DNA of 64,000 nt from a bacterium (GTDB taxonomy: Bacteria; Desulfobacterota; DSWW01). Under the pieces are notes generated by a model. That model did not search any database and was not told where the DNA came from. It saw only the letters and a list, made by a program, of their open reading frames with translations. Within the stretch, counting starts at the first letter, position 1. Every line of letters starts with the position of its first letter. This document shows positions 1 to 8,616 of this stretch, piece by piece. The position numbers were made by a program, and so were the translations under genes. The stretch lies in contig JBFLZG010000062.1 of the NCBI GenBank assembly GCA_040756235.1, forward strand, positions 64,001-128,000, given 5' to 3'.

Positions 1-2
1 AT

Positions 3-689
3 TTTCAGCTTTCGATCTGGCATGAGATTGCGACCTGGTACCGATGGTCGGCGACCGCGTTCCCCGAGCAGGCGTCCGCTTTCTCACCGGAGGACCTGTA
101 CTCCAATCTCCTGGGGGCGAAGATCGCGGGGCAAGTCGTACGGCGTCACGGCGCCGCCAGCGAGGAGGACTACAATCGGAACGTCACCGCCATTCTCAGG
201 GACGCGTTGACGAAGCTCGGCGCCATGCCGGCCGATGCGAGCCGCTTCGCGTTCCGGTACCTCGACGGGATCTGGTGGGACTCCGATAAGCGGGCTCCCG
301 ACAACCTGCTGGTGACCCACCGCAACTTCCACATCAGACCCACACTGTACCCGTGGAAACTCGTGGATGCCCTGCCTTCGGACGAGCTGCTGGCTGCGGC
401 CAGGGAGTACGAACAGACGTGCGGAGGCGACTGGACCCCCCTGGGCCTGAACGTTCCGGAGCGCCTGGGTGGCGTTCCGTTCCGCCGCATGGCGACGATC
501 GAGATCCGCCCGGGAGAGGAGCTCGTGCGGAACGGGTTCCGTCTTCCGAAGGCGGGGAAGGGCGTTGTGACGCAGGACGACTTCCCGGCCATCATCCAAG
601 CGATCCAGCGCGCATGCGAGAAGGAGCTGGGCGCGGGAGCGTGCCTCCCGGGCGCACGGCCAGACGAGTCTTCCAGATTGCGAGGGTGA
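3..689 (+). CDS. DUF4056-like protein, 5'-truncated by the window edge
   Basis: Frame is open from position 3: FQLSIWHEIATWY...SAFSPEDLYSNLLGA matches the motif I recall for DUF4056; same frame as track ORF 207..689. Confidence 0.7.
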   Translation, partial: FQLSIWHEIATWYRWSATAFPEQASAFSPEDLYSNLLGAKIAGQVVRRHGAASEEDYNRNVTAILRDALTKLGAMPADASRFAFRYLDGIWWDSDKRAPDNLLVTHRNFHIRPTLYPWKLVDALPSDELLAAAREYEQTCGGDWTPLGLNVPERLGGVPFRRMATIEIRPGEELVRNGFRLPKAGKGVVTQDDFPAIIQAIQRACEKELGAGACLPGARPDESSRLRG

Positions 690-708
690 CAAACAAAAGG
701 AGGGGACC

Positions 709-1752
709 ATGCGGCGCGTATCTTTAAGCATTGTGATCTCTACGTGGGTGGCCGTGAGCGCGATGGCTGCCTGTGTCGCTCTGTGCGCCTCCTTCGCACG
801 AGCGACAGCGCTTCCGACCTTGGAAGAGCTGATGAGCGAGTTCGGCTTCAGTAAAGAAGACGTGCAGCGCGTGCGCAACGGGGAGCTGGTGAAGACGACG
901 ACCCAGGAGACTTCCGAACGGGAGCTCGCCGCGGTCATGGTGTTTCTCGTCAAGGCGCCGCCGCAGAAGCTGGTGTCCTTCTTCGAGGTCGGCAAAGGCT
1001 TCCGCAGTGATCCGCAGGTGCAGTCCGCCATCGAGATCAGCGGAGAGGGTACGCCCGAGGACTTCAAGGAGGTCGTGCTCCAGCCAGGAGGGGAAAAAGA
1101 GACGAAGCGGTATCTCGACGCCGGGCCGAGCGAGACCTTGAATCTCTCGGCGCCCGAGATTGCCGCCTTTCAGGCCCTCAACGGCACGGGCGCTGCCGGG
1201 CAGACCCAGGTTGAAGAAACGCTGCGAGGTCTTCTGCTGGCGCGCTACAAGGAATATCGTGCAAAGGGGTTGGCGGGCATCGCGTCGTACGCCCGTGGCA
1301 AGGACAAGCAATCGCAACCAGCGGACGACCTCCGGCGCAGCACCGAAGCCGCAAAAGGAATCAAGAAATACACGCCGGCCTTTTACGATGTCCTGTTGAA
1401 CTATCCGCAGGCCAAGCCCGCAGGGCTCAGCGAACGCTTCTTCTGCATCCACTATGCGATGAGCGGGCGGCCGAACTTCACGCTGCGCCATCGGCTCGCC
1501 ATGCCCGTTGAAAATGGCTATGTGCTTGCCGATCGAGAATTCTACGTGAGCCACCAATACAATGATACCCAGGCCATCGCTGCGCTCTTTCCGGTCGAAA
1601 GCGGAACGGTCGTTGCTTATCTCGACCGCACGGTCACCGACCAGCTCGGGGGCTTCGGCGCCTCGGCCAAGCAGTCCATCGGGCGCACGATGATGGCGAA
1701 CCAGATCAGCGAGATCTTCGAGAAGAGCCGTGCCGGGTTCCCGAGTCCGTGA
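709..1752 (+). CDS. Secreted hypothetical protein (347 aa)
   Basis: GGAGGGG RBS, N-terminal hydrophobic signal ending in ARA/ATA, host-like codon usage. Confidence 0.8.
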   Translation: MRRVSLSIVISTWVAVSAMAACVALCASFARATALPTLEELMSEFGFSKEDVQRVRNGELVKTTTQETSERELAAVMVFLVKAPPQKLVSFFEVGKGFRSDPQVQSAIEISGEGTPEDFKEVVLQPGGEKETKRYLDAGPSETLNLSAPEIAAFQALNGTGAAGQTQVEETLRGLLLARYKEYRAKGLAGIASYARGKDKQSQPADDLRRSTEAAKGIKKYTPAFYDVLLNYPQAKPAGLSERFFCIHYAMSGRPNFTLRHRLAMPVENGYVLADREFYVSHQYNDTQAIAALFPVESGTVVAYLDRTVTDQLGGFGASAKQSIGRTMMANQISEIFEKSRAGFPSP

Positions 1753-1813
1753 GGGGTCACTCGGGGAAATCTGTCGCAGGAGCCGCAGCGGGCTGTCGAG
1801 GGAGAACTGACGC

Positions 1814-2215
1814 ATGACCAGGAAGGTCGACTACCTCGTTATCAGTATCCATGAGTTCTTGAAAATCAAACCCTCCGGCGAATACGATCGAGTGGAAACG
1901 CGACAACTTCTCGACAGGCTGGCAGAGCTCATCGCATCGTCTGATTACGGCGGAATCCTGTTCGATGTAAGAGAACTTTACCCGACTGTGCGTTTGACGG
2001 TCCTGGACATCTACGAATTCGTGCAAGGGCTGGTCGGGCGCCGGACCGGGGTGACCAACAAAGTTGCGGTCTTAACCAGAAGGGACTTCCAGTTCGATAG
2101 TGCACAGTTCTTCGAGATCTGTGCCAAGAACAGAGGCTTCCAGGCCGAGGCTTTTACCGATTTCGAAGCGGCCATCGACTGGTTTTCCGTGACCAGAGAC
2201 CTTGGAGCGTCCTGA
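1814..2215 (+). CDS. Small SpoIIAA/STAS-like hypothetical protein
   Basis: GGGAGA RBS; ILFDVRE...KVAVL...FFE...NRG...FTDFEAAIDW pattern typical of SpoIIAA-like proteins. Confidence 0.7.
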   Translation: MTRKVDYLVISIHEFLKIKPSGEYDRVETRQLLDRLAELIASSDYGGILFDVRELYPTVRLTVLDIYEFVQGLVGRRTGVTNKVAVLTRRDFQFDSAQFFEICAKNRGFQAEAFTDFEAAIDWFSVTRDLGAS

Positions 2216-2301
2216 TTTGCCGCCCATGGTTTTCGCTTGCCGGCTTGCGGAAGCTGCGGAAACGGAGGGTTGAGGGACCGGAGGGGCACGAAGCCAGGGT
2301 C

Positions 2302-2430
2302 ATGAGCAGGCAATCGCCTGACCTCGGGTCGGCGGAGCGCGTGGAGCTGACGGCGTGGTCCGGGGAGTCGGCTTCCGGCCGTTCGTGTACAACCTCGCCC
2401 GGAGCAGCGGCTCACGGCTGAGCTCCGTGA
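2302..2430 (+). pseudogene. hypF: 5' remnant of hypF (acylphosphatase-like domain), frameshifted
   Basis: ATG 2302 reads MSRQSPDLGSAERVELT, then a frameshift gives GVVRGVGFRPFVYNLARSSG (HypF signature GxVQGVGFRPFVY); similarity then stops. Confidence 0.65.
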
Positions 2431-2464
2431 ACCGTAGGAATCGTGGGCCGGCGCAGCCCGGAGT

Positions 2465-2575
2465 CACCCCGGCCTTTTACGATGTCCTGCTATCCGCAGG
2501 CCAAGCCCGCGGATCGGATTACGCTGTCGAAGGAGCTGGGTCATGACCCGGAAGGTGGAATACCCGGTTATCAGC
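2465..2575 (+). repeat. Degenerate spliced copy of 1371-1421 and ~1792-1845
   Basis: 2465-2510 equals 1371-1421 except one mismatch and a 5-bp deletion (TTGAA); ~2523-2574 resembles the RBS and start of the gene at 1814. Confidence 0.8.
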
Positions 2576-2871
2576 GACCTCCACGGCTCCATGTCTCGGT
2601 CAACTCCTTGGCCCTCCCGAGAAGCTCCTCCCAGTCGCAGCCTGTGAGAGCTCCTTTCGCAGTGCCGCGGTCTTCCATGTCCCCGCGTACCACCACAACA
2701 TTTCAACCGCCAGCCTTGGACTCCCAGCGCCTGCCAGAAAGGAAAAGACCCCGACAGATGGCAAGAAACCTGACAGAGCGCCTTCGGATCCTGGAGGTGC
2801 GCTCCCGGGGCATGTTCAGATATCGCCGTCTTTCTTAAGACTTCGATCCACACGATCCGGAGGTGTCTTTT

Positions 2872-2887
2872 TGGCATCCATCTTGCT
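2872..2887 (+). promoter_or_regulatory. Putative sigma-54 promoter
   Basis: TGGCATCCATCTTGCT, GG-N10-GC, intergenic and oriented toward the CDS at 3151. Confidence 0.6.
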
Positions 2888-3150
2888 CCGCAACTGGTTT
2901 CACCTCAGATCATCGAGAGGTCGGTGCAATGGCAAGCATCAGCAGGTCGGGTCAGGAGGAATACCCACCGGGTCAAAGCGAACACCCGCTGTTTCAGGAA
3001 TGGGAACTCTGCCGTGGAGCTTATTGAAGATGGGGTGGTGACAAGCCATCTGACAAGGCATTGTCATTCCGGCTCCAGCAAAACCGTTGGCGACGGCCAG
3101 CCAAGGTTCAGCCAAGATCCATGCGCTTCCGTGAACGAGAGGGAATCACC

Positions 3151-3990
3151 GTGTTGCGCCGAAATCTCATTCCCTTTTGGCTCGGCATCCTGGCGCTCTC
3201 CGGGATGTTCCTGATGGGCCAGGAGAGTTGGCCTCCACAGGAGTGCATCGACAATGACGGCGACGGTTACGGCACCCCAGCCTCTACGGGGTGCCTACCT
3301 CCGCAAGCGGACTGGAATGACGCGATGGCAGACGTATACCCCGGCGCGCCGGAGCTATGCGACGGGATCGACAACCAATGTCCGGGAAACTCTGGGTACG
3401 GGGAAGCGGATGAGGGCACATCGTGTGACGATGCCGGTCGGTGCATAAACGGTATCCATATAGATGATGTTCTTGTACACGTTCCTACAGATTGCGACGA
3501 TGCCGATCCTTGCACAAAGGATGCCTATTCAGATGGTGTTTGTGTACACGTTCCCGTGGATTGTGGCGATGCCGATCCCTGCACAAACGATGCCTGTTTC
3601 GAGGGTGTTTGTGCACACGCTCCTGTAGATTGTGATGACGCCGATCCGTGCACGAACGATGCCTGTTTAGGTGGTGTTTGTTTTAGCGCTTTTGCAGATT
3701 GTGAAGATGACGACCCGGATACTTTCGAATACTGTGATCCAGCTACCGGCTTTTGCAGAAACGCTCCCATAAACTGCGATGATGAGGATCCGTGCACACA
3801 TGACGCGTATGTAGATGGTTTGTGTGTGCATGCTCTTGTCGATTGCGACGATGCCGATCCATGCACCACCAACCTCTGTTCAGACGGCCTTTGTGTGGAC
3901 ACTTTTGCAGATTGTGACGATGGCGATCCATGCACCACCGACTTCTGTTTAGAAGGTTCTTGTCTTCATCAAGATATTTGCGGGGTATGA
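3151..3990 (+). CDS. Secreted Cys/Asp-rich protein: one MopE-like putative metal-binding motif plus seven ~23-aa CDDxDPCTxDxC repeats
   Basis: GAGAGGGA RBS before GTG 3151, hydrophobic N-terminus, DNDGDGY...YPGAPELCDGIDNQC motif, tandem ~69-bp units at ~3475-3965. Confidence 0.8.
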   Translation: MLRRNLIPFWLGILALSGMFLMGQESWPPQECIDNDGDGYGTPASTGCLPPQADWNDAMADVYPGAPELCDGIDNQCPGNSGYGEADEGTSCDDAGRCINGIHIDDVLVHVPTDCDDADPCTKDAYSDGVCVHVPVDCGDADPCTNDACFEGVCAHAPVDCDDADPCTNDACLGGVCFSAFADCEDDDPDTFEYCDPATGFCRNAPINCDDEDPCTHDAYVDGLCVHALVDCDDADPCTTNLCSDGLCVDTFADCDDGDPCTTDFCLEGSCLHQDICGV

Positions 3991-4766
3991 AGTTGGCGAT
4001 CCCCACACCCAAGGAAATGGGCAGGAGGTCGTGGGAACGTGCTGCCCATTTCTTGATCTCCGTTCTACGCGTAACGCGATCAGACCGCCTTGATGTTGAC
4101 CTCCTGCTCCGCCGGACTTGACTCGTATCCGTCTCCAGATCGGCCAGAATCTCTTCTTCATCGTCAGGCCGAGCCCTGCAGGGGGTGCGAGCGGATCGGT
4201 GCAGGGATCTCCGATGGCCTCGCGATCGGCTGGGTCCGGGCGCGGTTGTACATGAAGGGGCAGTTGTCGACCGGGTGGGGGTTGGGTAACCGCCTGGAGA
4301 GGCGGGGGAAAGGATCGGAGCATTCACTGAAAAGTAGGGTCTCGAAATGCGAGATTGGGGCTCTTCCCCGCCACCCGCTACAGTCTTTGACTACCTTGCG
4401 TGAGCAACCCCTCGGTTTAGAATCGTTATGCGTCCGGAGGATGCAGCCTCGGGGGGTTCTCCCGGCCGACCCGGAGGAGTCGACCTCGCAACAGGGTCTC
4501 CAGGTGGATCCCTCTCAGTTCCGGAGCTTGGCGCTCCAACTCTGCACATCTCCCGAGACGCAAGAGAAGCCACAACCCGAGGCATGGGGCCGTTGTCTTC
4601 TCTCTGCAAGCTCGATCCATCCCAGTGCGCTCTTCAAGTCAGGCCGCACGCCTGAGATCTTCCCGTATGGCCACGAGAGCACAGTCAGCTGCGAATCGTG
4701 ATTGACTGCGACTTCGGCAAGCCAGTACCATTTCCGGGTGTCCACTCTTGTCTTCGAGGGGATGTA

Positions 4767-7754
4767 ATGAGCATCGCTGACGACCGGGCCGAGGGACCCG
4801 CCTGCAGGCAGGCTCTCGTTCTCGGCGGGATCAACCGTATCTTCCGGGAAGCGCTGACCTGCACCGCTGAAGAGGACTTGGAGCGCATCTGCCTTGCGGT
4901 GGCCGAGGAGGTCACTTCGAGCAAGTTCGGATTCCTGGGTGAGCTGGATGACGAGGGACGGAGCGATCTTGTGATCCGTGACTTCGGATGGGGCGGGTGT
5001 GGGATGGCCCATCTCATCGGCCACAGGATCGTGTGCGGAGGATCCCCCGTTCACGGCATTTACGGGCGGGTGCTTGCGGATGGCAAGGGCTTCTACACGA
5101 ACAGCCCATCTTCCCATCCGGACCGAGTCGGGCTGCCTGACGGACATCCGAAACTCGAGTCTTTCCTGGGGGTGCCGCTGATCGACGCAGGCAGGACGAT
5201 CGGCATGGTGGGCGTGGCGAACCGGCCCGGCGGCTATCGCGACGAAGACCTTCAGGCTCTTGAGGCCATTGCGCCGGCCGTGGTGCAGGCCCTTTCGCGC
5301 AAGAGGGCCGAACAGAAGCTGCGTGAAAGTGAGCACCGCTACAGGAGCCTCTTCGAGGACGATCTCACGGGTGATTTCGTCGCAACGCCTGGCGGCAAGA
5401 TCCTCGACTGCAATTCTGCATTCCTCGGGATCTTCGGCTTCGAGACCAAGGAGGAGGCGCTGAATACGGGTTTTGCGGCCCTCTATCCCAAACCTGAAGA
5501 GCGAGCAGCTTTTCTGAAGCTGCTGCGCCGGCACCGCAGGCTCGAGAACTATCGGTGCGTGCGCCGGAGACGGGATGGCTGCGACATACAAATCGTGGAG
5601 AACGTGGTCGGGGTTTTTGCCCCTTCAGGCGATCTCATCCAACTCAAAGGTTACGTGTACGACGACACGGATCGAAGCAGGGCAGAGGAGGCGCTCCGGG
5701 AGAGTGAGAAGCGCTATCGCTCCCTGGTCGATCTGGCCCCTGACGCGGTCGTGGTGCACCGGGGAGGGCGCTTTCTCTACGCCAACGACAGTGCGCTGAA
5801 GCTCCTCGGGGCCAAGAGTTTCGAGGAGCTGTCCGGGGTCAACGTGATCGACATGATGTGGAATGACGATCGCCAGAGAGTGCTCGAGCGGATACGGGCA
5901 GTCGAGGGGGGCTCGAAGGCCCCTTTGGCAGAGTTCAATGTATTGCGGTTGAATGGAGAGGTCGTACCCATCGAGTCGACCGCCGCCCCAATTGAGTGGC
6001 AGGGCAAACCCGCCGTGCAGGTGATCGGCCGCGACATCACCGAGCGAAAGCGTGCTGAGAAACGTCTGGCGGCGGACCTGGACGCCCTCACCCGGATGCA
6101 CGCCCTGAGCACGAGATCTCTGGAGCTTGGCGGACTGGAATCGCTCCTGCAGGAGATCATGGAAACAGCGGTGGCGATTGTGGATGCCGAACAGGGGACC
6201 CTGCGGCTGGTAGAGGGCAATGCGCTGCGCAGGGTGGCCCACCGTGGCCACGACCCCTCGTTTCTCGAGTTCTTCGCCACCGCCGAAAATCGTGCTTCCG
6301 TCTGCGTGGAGGCTTTGAAGCTCCGCGGGCGAGTGATCGTGGAGGACGTGGAAGCGAGCCCCCTTTTCGCTGGCACGCCTTCGCTGGAAGTGCTGAGGCA
6401 GGCCGGTGTGCGATCTGTGCAGTCCACGCCCTTGCTCAGCCGTACGGGCGTTGTGCTCGGCACCCTCACGACTCATTGGGACGTCCCTCATGTGCCCGAC
6501 GAGCACGACCTGTGGCGGCTCGACCTGCTCGCCCGTCAGGCAGCGGACCTGATCGAGCGGTCGCGGGCTGAAGAAGCCTTGCGCCAGAGTGAAGAGAAGG
6601 CCCGCCGGCGCGCCGAGGAATTGGCCAGACTGATGGACTTGGTGCCCAACGCGGTGTGGGTGTCCAACGATCCCGAGTGTGCCGTGATTACCGGCAATCG
6701 TGCTGCCCAGGGGTTGTACGAGGCTTCCGCAGAGGAGAATCTCTCCGCCGGTGCGATCGGCGGCGATCCGGACTTCACGCGGCGTTTCTTCCGGGACGGA
6801 AGAGAGCTCAGGCCCGAGGAACTGCCCATGCAACAGGCTGCGGCAAAAGGTACTGAAGTGCGGGCTTGCGAATTGGATGTGCTGCTGCCCAGCGGAAGAA
6901 TGCTGACCATGCTCGGCAACGCAAGCCCGCTGTTCGATGCCCGCGGTGCGGCCCGCGGCAGTATCTCGGCCTTTCTGGACATCACGGATCGCAAGCGCAT
7001 GGAGGATGATCTTCGCAGGTCGCGGGACGAGCTGGAGGAACGGGTGCAGGAGCGCACGGCAGAGCTGGCGAAGGTCAATGAAGAGCTCCGACACCTTTCT
7101 GCCAAAGTGCTGGCGTCGCTGGAGAACGAGAGGCGCTTTCTGGCCAAGGAGATCCACGACAGCGTTGGCCAGATCCTGGTTGCGGTCAAGTACAGGGTGG
7201 AGGAGGCGCTGCTGCAGGTTGGGAAAGGAAGAAACAGGGCCAGGTTGAAATCTCTCGAGGACGTGATCCCCGTGCTGCAAAAGAGCGTGGAAGAAGTGCG
7301 GAGAGTCCAGATGTCCCTGCGCCCATCCATGCTGGACGACTTCGGCCTGCTGGCGACGATCCACTGGTTCTGCCGCGAATACCAGGTGACATTCCCCCGG
7401 CTGCGTTTGCAGACGGAGCTTCACCTGCGGGAAAGCGATCTGCCGGAGCCGCTGAAGATCGTGATCTTCAGGATCATCCAGGAAGCGATGAACAACGCTG
7501 GCAAGCACAGCAAGGCAAGCCAAGTGCGGCTACGACTCGCAGAGACGGATGGCACGATCGAGCTGACCGTGCGGGACGACGGTGAAGGCTTCGATGTGGC
7601 GAAGGCCCTTACGGTGGGTCCCTTCGGGAGAGGCTTGGGCCTGTCCAGTATGAGGGAAAGGGCCGAGCATTCCGGTGGCTCTTTGCGCGTCGAATCCGCT
7701 GAGGATGAGGGGACGACCGTTCGCGCCTTCTGGCCTCTGGGGATCACTCGCTGA
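4767..7754 (+). CDS. Cytoplasmic GAF/PAS sensor histidine kinase (HisKA_3 type)
   Basis: GAF-PAS-PAS-GAF-PAS order with DITERKRAE linkers, H-box AKEIHDSVGQ, N-box QEAMNNAGKHS, DDGEGF and GLGL; no TM segments. Confidence 0.92.
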   Translation: MSIADDRAEGPACRQALVLGGINRIFREALTCTAEEDLERICLAVAEEVTSSKFGFLGELDDEGRSDLVIRDFGWGGCGMAHLIGHRIVCGGSPVHGIYGRVLADGKGFYTNSPSSHPDRVGLPDGHPKLESFLGVPLIDAGRTIGMVGVANRPGGYRDEDLQALEAIAPAVVQALSRKRAEQKLRESEHRYRSLFEDDLTGDFVATPGGKILDCNSAFLGIFGFETKEEALNTGFAALYPKPEERAAFLKLLRRHRRLENYRCVRRRRDGCDIQIVENVVGVFAPSGDLIQLKGYVYDDTDRSRAEEALRESEKRYRSLVDLAPDAVVVHRGGRFLYANDSALKLLGAKSFEELSGVNVIDMMWNDDRQRVLERIRAVEGGSKAPLAEFNVLRLNGEVVPIESTAAPIEWQGKPAVQVIGRDITERKRAEKRLAADLDALTRMHALSTRSLELGGLESLLQEIMETAVAIVDAEQGTLRLVEGNALRRVAHRGHDPSFLEFFATAENRASVCVEALKLRGRVIVEDVEASPLFAGTPSLEVLRQAGVRSVQSTPLLSRTGVVLGTLTTHWDVPHVPDEHDLWRLDLLARQAADLIERSRAEEALRQSEEKARRRAEELARLMDLVPNAVWVSNDPECAVITGNRAAQGLYEASAEENLSAGAIGGDPDFTRRFFRDGRELRPEELPMQQAAAKGTEVRACELDVLLPSGRMLTMLGNASPLFDARGAARGSISAFLDITDRKRMEDDLRRSRDELEERVQERTAELAKVNEELRHLSAKVLASLENERRFLAKEIHDSVGQILVAVKYRVEEALLQVGKGRNRARLKSLEDVIPVLQKSVEEVRRVQMSLRPSMLDDFGLLATIHWFCREYQVTFPRLRLQTELHLRESDLPEPLKIVIFRIIQEAMNNAGKHSKASQVRLRLAETDGTIELTVRDDGEGFDVAKALTVGPFGRGLGLSSMRERAEHSGGSLRVESAEDEGTTVRAFWPLGITR

Positions 7755-7971
7755 TGACGTCCCGCAGGGGACTCGCGAGGATACCCCGACGGTTTCGTTT
7801 CCGTCAGCCCGTCTGATCCGGATCTCGAGGCTGCGGCTGGCCTGGCGGTGAAGAGTACCCGGCAAGTTGCTGCAGAAGACATCTGCGACAGCCGTTGTGG
7901 ACTTTTTGCGCGGGCTGTTAGAGACTCACGGCATCACCTTTGAGGGGCTCATGAATAGACGAGAAGAGAGA

Positions 7972-8553
7972 ATGAATGATCCCTCCAGACGGGTCGTGGT
8001 GGGGATCAGCGGCGCCAGCGGCGTGATCTATGGGCTCGAGATGCTGAGGGTCCTCAAAAGGCTCGGCTACCGGGGCCACGCGGTGATTACAAGAGATGCC
8101 CGCAAGACCTTCCTCCTGGAGACCGAATACACACTGCAGGAGGTCGAGGCGGCGGCGGCGGCGGTTTATGATCCGGACGATCTGATGGCGCCCATCTCCA
8201 GCGGCTCTTTCCTCACCGCGGGCATGGTGGTCATTCCCTGCACCATTCAGACCCTCTCGGCCGTCGCTCATTCCCACGATGCCAATCTGCTGGTGAGAGC
8301 AGCCGACGTCACGCTGAAGGAGCGGCGTCCTTTGATCCTGGTGGTGCGGGAAACCCCGCTCCACCAAGGCCACCTGAGGCTGATGCTGGACGCATCGTCC
8401 ATGGGAGCCGTCATTCTGCCGCCTGTTCCCGCCTTCTATCACAGACCCAAGACGATCGAAGACCTTGTCCGGCACACGGTGGGCAAGGTGTTGGACTGCC
8501 TCCGCATCCCGCATGATCTTTTCCGACGCTGGGAGGGACCGCCGGCCACCTGA
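7972..8553 (+). CDS. ubiX: Flavin prenyltransferase UbiX
   Basis: VVGISGASG, APISSGSF, RAADVTLKERRPLILVVRETP, PPVPAFYHRP. Confidence 0.93.
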   Translation: MNDPSRRVVVGISGASGVIYGLEMLRVLKRLGYRGHAVITRDARKTFLLETEYTLQEVEAAAAAVYDPDDLMAPISSGSFLTAGMVVIPCTIQTLSAVAHSHDANLLVRAADVTLKERRPLILVVRETPLHQGHLRLMLDASSMGAVILPPVPAFYHRPKTIEDLVRHTVGKVLDCLRIPHDLFRRWEGPPAT

Positions 8554-8616
8554 TGCGGCTGTCAGCCGATCAGAACGTCTCTCGTGCCTGCGCAGGCTTG
8601 CGCACACGAGGGCGCC

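Noticed and set aside
3475..3965. 69-bp periodicity as a CRISPR array
   Set aside because: Units are in-frame protein repeats with no constant repeat/unique spacer structure and no cas genes
3990..4170. Minus-strand ...IKKWAARSHDLLPISLGVGIANF resembling the end of a GGDEF domain
   Set aside because: No GGDEF motif or coherent frame upstream; too short to support
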